A DNA stretch of 64,000 nt from Schmidtea polychroa (taxonomy: Eukaryota): assembly GCA_044892525.1 (NCBI GenBank), contig CM097885.1, positions 236,036,001 through 236,100,000 on the forward strand. Direction: 5' to 3'. Of this stretch, positions 26,432 to 49,607 are shown piece after piece; position 1 is the first letter of the stretch, and the number at the start of each line of letters is the position of its first letter. Position numbers and translations under genes: made by a program. Below the pieces are notes generated by a model. The model saw only the letters and a program-made list of their open reading frames with translations. It made no database searches and was not told the origin of the DNA.

Positions 26432-29199
26432 CTGGAAAAATAAAAAAATCAAATCTTTCAATCACTATAAATTATTAAAATTGAAAATTGATATCATTTT
26501 CTATTTAAATATCTAATTTTCTATGTAACTATAAATGGATGTAACTATATTTAAAGGTTTAAAATGAATACTAACTAATTATTAGTTATTGATTTTTTCA
26601 TATATTGCTTATAAAAATTTTGAATATTTAAAAATTGTTTTTAGAAAACAATTGTGATTTGATTTAAAGCTGAAGTTTGAACATGAAAAAGGCTGTCATT
26701 TTGATGGGTTATAGATAGTATTTTATAGAACTGCATATATTGTTACCTCAGTTGAACATTTATCATTCCAACATTGGGTACACTGCCTGACATGTTCCGA
26801 AGTTACATCACAAGATATCGCAATAATGCCAAAAGTTTGAACAAAAATCAATAACGTACTGACATTTTTAAAAATTTCCAAAAAATCTCTAGAATTTTAA
26901 AAATTAATATGCAGTAAAGCTATAAAAGCGACACAAGAAATGTTAAAGAGTTTTTAAAGAACGAAATTGTTAAAAAATTAAGTCAAACCAAAACTAAATA
27001 AATTATTAATAATATAAATTCATTAAAATAAATTCATCGATAGCGGAATCATTTATTAAAATATAATTCAAATAAATAAATAACTATATAATAATAAGTC
27101 TTTTTCTCTACTTCCTCTCTGATGGTACCTTTCAATTAGAGGAATTAGAGAATGAAAGACTTGTTAAATATTATTTTTGGAACAGGAAATGAATAAGTTA
27201 ACGTGGAATAAATAACAATTAAAAGATTTTGTATAATAAACGTCTAAATACATAATTGTCTATGTATGTATGTGAATGAGTGATTATGGAATAACGCTTA
27301 ATTAAAATCATCAAACGGCAAATTTTATTATAACTTTTAATTTTTATCGACAACATGGCATTTTTATTTTAATATTATCTGAAAATCTACTTTCCTCTAT
27401 CGAATGATGCATAATTTGTCCAATTTGGACCATTAATTCTTTTTTTTAACTGATATATTATATTAAATATGGAAAATTATTTTAATTATTTTTTGAACAT
27501 ACAAATCTATGGAGAATTATGTATTTGGATTAATAACATGATTCCGTCATTTTGACGGACTATAGGCAGTTATGGGATATAATTTTCTTTGAAACCGGTA
27601 CGCTTTCCAAATTTTTATTGAATTGTAAAATGAAAAATCCTTACACACTAGAACTTTATAAGAACCAGTACGGGTGTACCAGTGTGTACCGGCTAAATTC
27701 CATCCCTGTTTATACTAGTAAACATTATAATTTTAATTTATCTACATGCCAAACTTTATTTTAAATAACGACTTCACAAATTTTAAGCATGGTATTTATT
27801 AAGCTATTATTCCTGACATTTATACACATTATTCTTGATCTGTCTCACAAATGAACAATTGGGATAAGGTACGTTTTTCTAATATTTATATCAAGCTCGT
27901 CCGACAAAATTTCAGTAAGGTTTGAGTTAGGAAATTGGTATAAATGTATCATTACATTTAGAATACCATTTTCAACGAAATTACCCAAATATCCAATACG
28001 AAGCTTGTAAGTTCTTTAGGTGGTTATTTTGAACACAAAAATGGTTGTCACACGTTTAGATAGAAATATTTTATTCCTCAAATTTTATTGACATGGTTTT
28101 ACTTTAATAATGGATATAATATTCTTGATATTGAAGTCGTTAAACAACCTAAACATTTCCACGCAATAATATAGTATCAATAGAATACATATTTATAAGT
28201 AGTCCTAAATTTTGCTTTTAGGCAAACTATTTGGTTTGGTTTAAGAACTTTTAACTTAAATTCGTTAGTCCAAAGAACTTTATTACTTCATTTTTTTTCC
28301 TATTTTTAGCCTAATACATATTTTACTTTTTATTGGGTCGTAATTTCTTCAGTTTCTATAGTTCTTGTTTCATAGTAGTAACGCTCCAGAGGTTTTTTCT
28401 CCCCTGATTTAATTGTATTATTATTTCAATACAATTAAATATATATATATATACACTAGCTACCATTATATGTCAATCATTTATTTATTTTGTTTTCATT
28501 AAAGCAAAAATTTGCAAACATGAATATCGGTGTAATAAATTTCTTAGAGTGCTAAATAACATAAAACTTGCAAGGCATTTTATTTGTTCATGTTACTTCT
28601 TAAAACCTTAATCTGCTAACATTTAATTTTAATAGTTGCGACTTTTATGTTGGTTTTCATTCATCATTCATTATGTACCTAACCTTATCTTATAAAGGTC
28701 AAAACGTTGTCATAATATATTATTGTACTATAAATTATGAATAATAAACATAAAATTAAGTCTTATTTATTTCATTTTAATTTAATTTTAAGTCAGAATC
28801 ATTTTTCTATTCAAGATGAGAGCCTTCCAAAATGAATTCTAATGACATCAACATTTAACAATAATTTATTTTGTAAGAACATATTTTTATTGCTAGGATA
28901 AATAGTGAATATTTTAAGCCAAAGATAAATTGAAATCGAGATTAGGTCTCAGTTGTGGAACAAAATATTTTTCCCATTAAGAAAATAAATTGTTATTCTA
29001 ATGAATAATAAAATGGAGATGATAAAAAATCATGAATAAATAATTTTTTATTAATAGCTTAATAAGAATTTAGAGTTTTGACTACACTTGAAAAGACCGT
29101 ATATTTACAGAAAAATAATTACATAAAAAAGGAAATGATGTACCTTATCTGTGGATAATTTAAAGTTTAGGTCGAATTTAAAAGAAACCATGAAAGTTC

Positions 29200-29580
29200 T
29201 TTTTTTTCCAATTTCACCACTGATTATTTTTTCCATTGAATTTATTAAAGAGTGCTTGAAGACTATAAATCAGTAATATATCGATGGTTTTTGATTCTCA
29301 CGAATTTTCGGCACTGCCTTTTTCAAGTGAATTTGATTATTATTGCATTTACTTAGACATGAAAAATATAAAGATCATTTCACCAATAATTTCAAAAATG
29401 TTATTGCTATTTCAAATTGCTATGCCAATTATATTATATTATGTGTACCTTATTCTCAAGAAATAATGAGGATAATTTATGATATTGATGAAGCTTTTCC
29501 GTTAGTAAAATGTAACTTTTCAATAGACAAAGTTAATTTAATAGAACAGACTGATATTAAACCTACGTTTGAATACTAAA
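29200..29580 (-). mobile_element. Penelope-like element 3' remnant
   Basis: gactataaatcagt..atatatcgatg..tcacgaattttcggcactgcctttttcaagtgaa matches 47290-47360 next to the GIY-YIG ORF. Related pieces at ~37030-37200 and ~54460-54550. Confidence 0.6.
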
Positions 29581-29627
29581 TATACTCCTAAATATGCAAA
29601 TTCTCAGTTTCGAGTGAATTTTAAATT

Positions 29628-30240
29628 TGTTGGGTTATTGGGTTGGTGATAATATTTGTAAATTCAAATTTTTCACTTTGACTCCAAAGCGTGTTTTATT
29701 AATTCACAAATTAACAATCTCGAACAAGATAAACCTTTATTAATATTCACAATAGATCGTACAAGTTGCAATTAACTCTTCTTACTCGCTTCTAACTTCT
29801 GTGTCTTCACTTGTCTTAGCTTGTCACATTTGCGGTACTTATGATAATTTTGTTTTCCATTTTTTTTCTCTGTATTCCCTTCTATTTCAGCCTTATCTCT
29901 GACAGATGTCGAGATATACCCTGTTTTTCCTTTTTGTGTTATGCTGACTTTACCTGCCATTTTGATATCTTTGACAAGCTGTCAAGATACGGATTTTCCC
30001 ATGTTTTTTTCCTGGAATTTTAAATTCCTCCTTCGTTTGCACTTCTTAATTAACAATGACCTCTGTTTTAATTTCTTGGTTGTTTTCTTTTATTTGATTT
30101 ATCTTTCTCATTTTTCATTTCTTTTTACTCCCACTTTCTTCTCCGAATTCCCATAGATCGTCCCGTTTGTCATGACGATCTCCCCCATCCAAGTAATTTA
30201 CATATTTATTATATTACTTGCTATTTGGGCATCCTCAACA
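29628..30240. mobile_element. Solo LTR (613 bp) with 4-bp TSD
   Basis: AATT|TGTTGGG ... CCTCAACA|AATT. Internal segments are similar to 57466+ and 58890-59195. Confidence 0.75.
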
Positions 30241-30458
30241 AATTTATAGATTTTATTAAACCATCTAATAACTTCCAATTATAAAATATTGAACCACAAG
30301 AAATTCCATTTCAAGAGCCGATACCAAAGTCGAATGAATGCCAATAAATAAAATCAGATAAATTATTTAGAATGAATTCAGAATTTGTTAAATGGAATTT
30401 CGATAATATTAATGTCATTGAACTGAAACAAGTTCATTTTACTAAATTACTAAATTAC

Positions 30459-31340
30459 TAGAGAATCCAATCCAATTATCAATTAACCGGATAATCGAAT
30501 ATTTTTATAAGTTTTCAATTAACCGAATAATCGTCTTTTTTAACGGTTACTTGATTTTTTTTATAGTTGAAACAACGAAAATTTATTCAAATAAAAAACA
30601 GACGTATATTTTTAATATTTTTTATTTAACCAAGTAGGATTCTGCAATAAATGTTGCTATGGCAACAATGTGTTATATAGTGGTTTTCATGACAATATTC
30701 ATAGATTTTTTTGATTTTGTTAGCGTTATTTTATTTGTTCTTATTTATTTAATTTAGTTTTGTATTATTACTGCTACGTGTTTGTGTTTAACAACATTAT
30801 ACATATTAATAATTAATTAATCAATACTCATATTAAATGTCGAATCAAAAGTCATTAGTTTGGCCATATTTTACAAAGCTGTCGAAATATAAATGTGATA
30901 CTTGTGGGCAAATAATACAGTGTAGTGGTGGAACAACCACTGAAATTATGAATCATTTAAAGATTCATGACATCAATCTTCAAAAAAGAAATTTATCTGA
31001 TGAAGTCGGAAATGACAAATAATCTTCAAAAATTAAACCTTTAAAAATTTGTTAATAGAGAATTATTAAATGAAATTCTCGCAAAATACGCTGCAAAAGA
31101 TGGGATTTCTTTCCAGGCTATATCAAAATGTGAAGCAATAATAGGCTTTGTAAGAAATAGAAACCTAAATATGCCAAAAAGTACAACAACTGTAAAAAAT
31201 GTAATGGATCTTTATGATGAAAAAATTGCCGAAGTCCAGAAAGAATTACAAATTTTGAAAAAAGATGGCTGTAAATTTAGCATTACAGTCGATAAATGTA
31301 CTGATAATCGCGTAAGAAGATTTATGAATGTCACAATTTA
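30459..31340 (+). mobile_element. 5' remnant of a hAT-type transposon with BED zinc finger
   Basis: SLVWPYF..KCDTCGQIIQCSGGTTT.IMNHLKIH, followed by DGISF..KFSITVD. Subterminal AATTAACCG(G/A)ATAATCG repeats. Confidence 0.7.
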
Positions 31341-31621
31341 GTAAATTACATAAACAGAATTACTATACATTTGTTTTTACCACTTATTAGTTATCTAGTT
31401 ATTTGTGCATAATTTTGAATAAATTTCCGATAATTATTGCATAATCAGAGAAAGTTCCTGAGATGTTTCACACAATTAGGCTGTCTCACTTTTATAATTA
31501 GTTTTTGTCATTGATTATTTGTGACTCTGAAACTTCAATCCAGGAACTACAAACTTGCAATTATTTCTTTCTTGTGCTCCACAAACGTCTTTGAAAAAAT
31601 CAGGATATTGACTATGTAAAC

Positions 31622-31869
31622 CAGTGGTGGCCAACCCAAATCAATCGAAGGGCCAATTTTCGGAAAAATACTATCACGTGCCACAATAAATTCATTTAAA
31701 TAAATATAACTCGTTTATACGATTCAAGTAAACTTAGAATCAATTTTTTAAATTAAAAACATGCTTAATTCGAATATGAATTCTAAAAAAGACAATTATT
31801 GATTTGATGTTTAAAATTGTGTCCGGGCCACATCCAAACGCTTCGCGGGCCACCGGTTGGCCAAGGCTG
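31622..31869. mobile_element. hAT (Charlie-like) MITE with 8-bp TSD ATGTAAAC
   Basis: ATGTAAAC|CAGTGGTGGCCAACC ... GGTTGGCCAAGGCTG|ATGTAAAC. Confidence 0.9.
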
Positions 31870-31883
31870 ATGTAAACCAATGT

Positions 31884-41715
<9,832 letters not shown>

Positions 41716-42333
41716 ATTAAACAGATAAATAAAAAATATGCGAAATGAAAATTAGCAACTATAAACAAATTTGATGTTAGATTTAAATAATATTTTCCTT
41801 ACTTTTATTTTGTAATATACCCGAAAATTATGTTATAAAAACGTTAAGTTATTTAAAGATAAAATTTAAAATACAAAGATTATGAGAAATATTTAAATAT
41901 AACGTAGAGTAAATAAAAAGTAACTAAGATTTTCAGTTATTTAAAACACACTTTACATTAAAATTGACAAATTACAAATAGAAGTTTTTAAACTAAGTGT
42001 ATTCATGCAAACTTTAAAATAATATACTATTTTTGCTCTTAAAATTATTTTTATTGAATTTCCTGTATTAAGAATAGAAAGATTACAATTATATATTATT
42101 TTTAATCAATTCAAATTTTTTGTGAACATTGATGTAAAAAGACTATGGTAATAAAAGTTTTCTAATATATTAAAAAAATGTATTGATAAAAATTGTAAGG
42201 GAACATTTTTTCACCTTCGTGGCTTATAATGCACATCAAAATTAAATAATTGCTCTGACTCAAATATAATTAGTCACGACATCAGTCGAAATAAAATATG
42301 ATCAGACCACAACTGTGACTAGTGACGTTGGTT

Positions 42334-42804
42334 TAGGTTGCCAGATTTTCACCAAGACAAACTGGGACGTCTGGCAACCATAGGTAACTATATAAAAAAT
42401 TAAAATAATAAACCAAGTATAAATATAAAAATCAATAAACTCACATATTTTAAAATAATTTAATAGCTTTAAATATTGTAAATAAAAAAGTAACTTTCCC
42501 ACGACGGCCACAGATTAAATTAAACAAAAACAAAACTTAACCATCTGTCATTCATAACAAAAACAAACTACCCAACTGGAAAAGTTTCATATTAAAACCC
42601 ATCGAACAAGAAAGCTAATTCGAAGTATAGAAAAAGTGTGATAAATAAACGAAACTTTGGAGGCAGTTTTCCTCCAAAATTTTTAATTTTGTTTGCAATA
42701 TTGCAATGCAAAAAACCGAGACAATTGAGCGTCCCGAGGACCTCTTTCGGGTCACCAGGACAATGATCTCAAAACCAGGACAAACGGGATGTCTGGCAAC
42801 CCTA
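42334..42804. mobile_element. hAT (Blackjack-like) MITE with 8-bp TSD CGTTGGTT
   Basis: CGTTGGTT|TAGGTTGCCAG ... CTGGCAACCCTA|CGTTGGTT. An extra internal TIR copy lies at ~42370-42382. Confidence 0.85.
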
Positions 42805-43559
42805 CGTTGGTTAGGAAACTCGAAAATAAAGTTGAACACATCTAATATACCTAACATACCCACTCCTTCGATACAATGTGCCGATAAAAGGAATACTCAC
42901 ACTCTGTTAGAAAAGTCCAACTTAAATATCTCACACAATCTCATATTATTCCCAAAAAAGTTTGATACGAATGGAAAATATTACGTTCTGAGAACAATAG
43001 TTATAAATCCTTAATATATATTTATATCCTCTTTTTATCTCCGTAAACAGACAATTTCCAAACCAAGATGACCAAAGAAACTGAGTGCACTTTCTATATT
43101 ACTTTCTCTTTTTGCTTTAGGCATCACTAGCGTGTAGACTACTTTTTCTTAGAAATATAGTAAATCACATCTTATTTAGAAATTTTTGCACAGCAAATTA
43201 CTTGAAAATGTGGACTTTTGTCTTCTATTGGAGTTTAAATATCATTAGTGATTCTTCCTTTATATATTTAATAATTTTCTGAGTAATACTTTCTCTTTGT
43301 AGCAATCATTATTAATTAGTAGATTTGTTGCAATTTTAATTTAAAATAAATTCATGCAATTCGCAATACATAAGTCGGGTTAATAACAAGAAATTCTAGT
43401 TCATTTCATTTTTAAATTTTAATAAATTATATAGTTTTACTCTTCTTCATTTTTAAGAATGTCAATTGAAGGTAATCACAACACTGGTGTCAGAAGAATG
43501 ACTGACGAAACAGTTATAAAACAAGTTATAATGCCAGTTTTTCAACAATGACTTTAGGT

Positions 43560-44520
43560 GGTTTCAGCACGTAGATTCCAACTCTCAGATATCAATAACG
43601 AAAAAACTAAGTACTTCCATTCACTTACCAATCTTCCTCCACGAATATTAGAAAAACATGATGATTCAATGGTTAATTCAAAATCCCTCTGACAAAGTGG
43701 CTCATCTGCGTGATCTTATGGCAAGCAGTGGCAAAGATAAAACGGTAATTCATTTGGCTTGCAAAACGTTCAACTGCATTTCAAGAAGCAAAGAAACTTT
43801 ACTGAGATGATCTCACCAAACGCAAACCTGAAATTTTTAATAAATACTAATGTTTCAAATATTGATGTTGGAGCCAATTTGAATCTCCGCAATAAAGAAG
43901 AAAGACTACAACATGCATAATTCTTTTCTAAGAAACCGAGAGTATAGCAAAAAAGAAATAATCCCCGCTTGATCTAAAGTTATGGCGATATATCTTTCAA
44001 TCAAAAACTTCAAACATCATCTAGACGGAAATACAATCGAACTACTCACTGACTACCTCTTCTGAACATAAATTCATTCAAAATACCACCTAATTGTTAA
44101 TGAAGATGGATAGAATATTTAATATCAGAATCCAATATATACGAGGTAAGAGTATCAAATTGCAGATTGTTTATCATGACAGATAGTCAGAGGATGCTGA
44201 AATTAATATATCAGCAGTATTCAGGTCAGTTCTCATCAAATTTAAGAAGAATGAAAACTTTCTTAAATAATCAGAAGTCACATCTTTCAAAACGCAAATA
44301 ACGAATGACGGGGTTCTTGTCGACATTACCGCGAAAAGCAATAGGATAATCTTGGTTGAAATTAATCGATTCGAAGAATTTAAAAGGCTTCACAACATTG
44401 CCACCCTAGAGCCAACGTAGCAATCAAATCTATCTCAATTAAGTATATATGTATCCTAAATTGAGATGAATAGTAAGGCAGTGGGATAAGTCCTACCTAA
44501 ATTGTCAAAGGGAAAAATCA
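43560..44520 (+). pseudogene. Highly decayed Gypsy pol (RNase H to integrase zinc-finger region)
   Basis: Fragments FKHHLDGNTIELLTD, YIRGK..IADCLS, H..HP...W....CQ.EK. Confidence 0.6.
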
Positions 44521-44599
44521 GAAATAAAACAGTTACTTGACCTAGGAAAATTTAAGGTCATTTATGTCGATATAAACATTTTAATTCATAAAAATCAGA

Positions 44600-45330
44600 C
44601 TTTTTTTCTTCATACCCAACAAATATTTTATCTTCGCACTTTAACATTTCCTTTCATTTCTCAGATGTTCTTGTATAGTTTTTAATGAAAATTTGATAAT
44701 TATTGCAAAAGTATCATCAATTCGTAAATGGCTTTAATTTTGTCTGGGTCTCCTTTTACTCTTTCAGCATTAAATATGTTTCTTAAATAATTAACTTCAG
44801 TTTTAAGAAAAAATCATTTTTCAGGATCTCATCTTAATCCTGCCTCTTTGATTATATGTAACATCTTTTCAATTTTCTGATTATGTTTTATAGTTCTCTA
44901 TAATATCAATATATCATCTATATATAATACCCTGCTCAATCAATTTTCTTTTCTTTATTTCATGCTCATAAGTTTTTGAAATGTTCTAGTAGGTAAGCGA
45001 AATCAAAAAGTCGTTTTTGTAAATTCAAATTATCTAAATTTTGTGATTAATGCTGACTTTTATCTCTTTTTTCTTGATTGATATGTAACTCTAACCCCAC
45101 TTACCTTTTGTGGAGCTCAAGGTTTTCTGTTTCCTCTAGCTCTTTGATTTGACCAAAAGTTGATCCTGTATGGATAAGCTTTGATATCCCTTTCAACATC
45201 TTTGTTCTATAAACTTTTCATGATACGGAAATTGGTGAGAATAATAATAACTATCATTTTCATTTTGTTTCCACAGAATATACACGGGGTTAAAATTTCA
45301 AATCTATTTTTCCTGTCTGCAGCCATTCAT
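44600..45330 (-). pseudogene. Decayed Gypsy reverse-transcriptase remnant
   Basis: Minus strand YIDDILI at ~44905-44925, with flanking RTFQKLM-like sequence. Confidence 0.55.
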
Positions 45331-45454
45331 CGAATAAGTAATTCTCTTATAATATCTAGTTCAATATCATTTGAAAAAATAACTTTATAATAATTATCAA
45401 GTTTGTTTCTTGAGCCTTACTTTCTGCTATTTGCTCATTTGACTTACTTACACG

Positions 45455-45565
45455 TAGGGTTGCCACCTCAGATCTGGGTCTCGCCCGGAGACAATAACCT
45501 GGACCCCGAGATAACTCACTAAAACCCGGAGTTTCCGGACCAAAACCGGTGAGGTGGCAACCTTA
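45455..45565. mobile_element. Short Blackjack-like MITE
   Basis: TAGGGTTGCCACCTCA ... TGAGGTGGCAACCTTA; no TSD seen. Confidence 0.6.
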
Positions 45566-47149
45566 GTCTCTGCAGTATAATTAATAGAATAGAATTTCTA
45601 TCAGCCTATTAAAATCTGCATCAATTTAATTACGTGTAAAGTAACTATCAATATAACTTACCATTTATCATCAATCAACACGGAACACGGATTATCAAAC
45701 TAGACTAGACTATCATCAATTTAGCACTGGCTAAACAGATACAAAAGATATTCTATCCACATGCTTTTGCGTGTCGTGCTAATATGAACAGTGCAATCGA
45801 ATATGCGCGTCGATCGTCTCCGCAGTAGCGACGTTTTGGCGTGAAAGAGTGTTAGTTGTAATGGCTGCCGTGAGATGGAGTTGACATAGTTTTGTGTATA
45901 TTCAATTTTACTTACGTCGTCCGGAGATAACTCGTTGGGATATAACTCGCTGAAACCTGGAGAGGTGACAATCTTACTTACACAACGGTTATTCATTAAA
46001 TGATGATGCCGCATTGGTTTGGGAAATAAATTGTATTTTAATTCCTGAACCGGATTTTATTTTTTTTCTACAACTTCCAACCAAATTACGTTTTAATCAG
46101 CTCCTGTAAACGTATTATTTGATTTCTAATGTGACAATTTGTCATTGGTTTATTCCTTATTTCTTCTAATCTGCAGTTTGAAATAACTGTCCTTTCATGT
46201 TTGTGTCACTTTTCTTCCGATCGATTTAGCTCCATCTCGAATGATGAAACTAGAATACTTCTCCTCAATCGTTGGTTTTCTTCTATATTCATTTATCATT
46301 TTTGTATTTTCTTCATCAACCATTTCCTACTTCGATTCCATTTATACAGTGTTTTTTCAACAACACTCTCTCTGTATGTTCTGATTTCTTGCAGTAATAA
46401 ATTTAAATTATTGGGCTTCGAGCAAAACAGCTAAACAGTTTTCCCCACATTGAAGAAACTCCTGTTGATTAGTGTTATATGTACAAAACCTTGAAATGTT
46501 GCCTAATTTCTCAAATTATAAACAACCTTTATTAATCCTTTCTGTATTTTTGACTCACAGAAATGTGCAAGATAACTAATTTTTTCACATAACTTGTCTG
46601 CATTTTTCCAACAGATTACACATATTTTCGACATAATGATTGTCCAATTTTATCGGTTTTTTTTTCACTGTCAATTTCTTTAACCATATCTTCATCATAA
46701 TGTCTCGAAAATAAATCAAGTTCTTAATTTGCATTCAAATATTGATCATTAAATATTTGGATCATATCTTTTATAGACTCAATGTGTTTCCGTTAAAAAC
46801 CAAAAAAAATTCCAAAACAAAAAACTCCCACTAAAGGTCATGTTCCAATTTTTGCGAGCTACAACATTTTTTTTACCGAAGAGGAAGGGGGTTGTGTGAA
46901 AAAGAGCCATTTATTACTTACTGATCTGCACTCTTTATTTATATATAACCCGAGGAACAAATAACCTGTTTGTAAGTATTATTTTTCTTGATTTTGCAGT
47001 AAAAATTACATTTATTTTGGCTAGATTACAGATGTTCAATTTTTGAACAAATTATTTCTTTCAAGATTCAGTTTTACTAATTATTAATCATGTACAACAC
47101 TAATAATGAACATATAATCCTATATCTACCAAATAAATAAATTATTCAA

Positions 47150-48150
47150 AAACTGTATATTTAGATAGCATCACTATTATCGTCAGGTTACCTACATTCA
47201 CGAGGGATGAATAACTATACGATATTGATAATTTATAAAACAAATTATTAAATTTATAAACTTTTAAATTATAAATAATAATTTTAACTCGACTATGTAT
47301 CAGTGAATATATCGATGTTTTCAAATTCACGAATTTTCGACACTGCCTTTTTAAAGTGAAACAATTATCACATTTTTTGATAAGATTTTAAAATTAGACA
47401 TTCCTAATTCTCTCATACGACATTTATTATTATCCTTAATATTGAACACTCCCTTCGGTCGACAATGTTCTTGCACTTGAGTACAGAAATGACGGGAAGT
47501 CTCTCCAATGTATGTGGCATTACACCCATTAAATATAAATTGATAAACGAGATCTAAACACAATTCAACCGGAGTTTGAGATTTACTAACAAACGTACTA
47601 CGTACTTTACACGATTTTGAAACAATTCTATAATTCAATTTACCAAGTTTTTTACCTATATTTCTTTTGTAATCTTTACATTCTTCCGAATACGGAAATA
47701 CCATCGTATATTTTGGCTCATCTTGTTTGTTAGTATCAATACTGATATGCACTATATCATTCGACATATCAGTCAATTTACATGCATACTACGATCCTTA
47801 TCATCATTCATACATTTATCAACAGTCACTTTCAACATTAACAATAAAACCCGTTTTGAGTAACCATTCTTCATCAGTAATTCAAATAATTTATCTACAC
47901 TTTTTACTGAGCTTTTAAAAGTGGAAGATAAGCACCATAATTGATAAGCCAATCATTTCACCATATTTCTCTTATATTTAAATTCACAAAAAACTTTCTG
48001 AGTAGTATAGAGACCAGTATTTGTTGGTTTTCTATAAATCTTAGTCTCATATTTTGTTTGTCATTTGTTCATACCATTCATTATTAAAAAGAAAATTAAC
48101 TTTGGAAGTTGTGAACTCTAAAAGCTTCCTAAATGCCCAACCATCACATG
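47150..48150 (-). mobile_element. Penelope-like retroelement remnant (RT thumb, GIY-YIG endonuclease, hammerhead-like 3' region)
   Basis: LVYQF...CNATYIGETSR...VQEH in ORF 47351-47776; TKIYRKPTNTGLY at ~48005-48045; CTGACGA..CTATC-TAAA at ~47158-47187. Confidence 0.82.
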
Positions 48151-49607
48151 TATCATGCGCATCAATATTTTCATTCCATAATTCACAACATAAATTGATT
48201 GATTTTCTCAAATTGCTGTTTATTTGTTTTCTATTTCAGCAACATCATTTATAATTAAAAAAATTTAATTATTCATTTTCCAATTTAATATTTTTATTGA
48301 ATTTCAAATTCCATACATACAGTAAAATTGAAATACAAAACCTATGAAACCGAAACAAAAGTCATGCTAGAATGAATACCAAATAAAAAAATAAAAACTA
48401 TCAATTGAATTTCAATACAGACTAAACTGCCGCGAAAGTTTAATAAGTTGTTAGATTTCCGGAAATCAAATTAAGTCATTTTCCTGTTTTCTATATTAAA
48501 ATATATAAATCAACTGAAATTGGTTTTTAAATTTTTATAAAATTTAGTAATGTTAGTTGTCCTTTATATTTTTTGTTCACTTTTCACCTGTTTTGTTTTC
48601 ATTTAAATTTTTAAATCAAATTTTTAGGGTTAGAAAATAAAGTTTCACTGAGTACATTTGAAACTTTACCTAGTTAATATAGTTTATTATAACTTTCGAA
48701 AATAGATATTAATATCACAGTGATATTCTAATTACAAGAAATAAATTATGAAGTCTTCTATGAATATAATCGTCCTTATTTTTCCAGTATCCTTATACGA
48801 CATCGGTAGATTATTACTAAACTTAAAAAAATTAGAGGGGTACAGATCCTTTTCCAATAATTTTAGCCCTGGAGTTGGTCGAATATTTCCTTGTCAAAAG
48901 ATGTCTAAATATTGAAACATGTAACATTACCCCAGTATGTGTTCAAGGGTAATTCATTAATTCAAATAAAAACTCAACAGTCCTTTTAACTGTTACCTTC
49001 AGTTAATGGTGAGAGAAAGAAAAAATAAAAGATTTTATTAATGGAATATTTTAAATAGAAAAAAGTCATTCACGGCTTATCATGACAAAAAGAATTTTGA
49101 AAAATCGAAATTCTTAATTATTTTAAGAGAAAACACAAATTTAATTTTTATTTACTTGAAATTCCACCGTTGGTGATTTTGTAAATATCTCAATCTAATA
49201 TATCATTTTCATCAAGTGCTTTTTAAACTTAAACCCCACTTAAAACTGAATAATAAAAAATATGAAAATGAAACGAAGATAGATATCTTTTATTTCCTTT
49301 TTAGTTTCGATCTATTGAAGAAAAATAAATTTCAAGAAAAAAATTAAAAATTAAAAACAAATAAATGAAATTATTAAAATTTTAAAAAATCAAATCAAAA
49401 AATTAAAAAGAGGTTTCAAATTAAAATTTTATTGGTGAAATTTATTTACATAATATTTGCTAAAAGAAGATTTAATTTTGTTCAATATACGATTGATTCA
49501 TAAAATATTTTATTAAAACCAAATAATTCCCAAATAATATATGTGGAGAATCTATTTAATATAATTAATATCCTGAGCAATATTATCATTTAATTTCAAT
49601 ATGCCAC

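Noticed and set aside
45721..46014. 97-aa ORF with faint resemblance to a LINE RT C-terminus
   Set aside because: No diagnostic motif; cannot be supported without a search.
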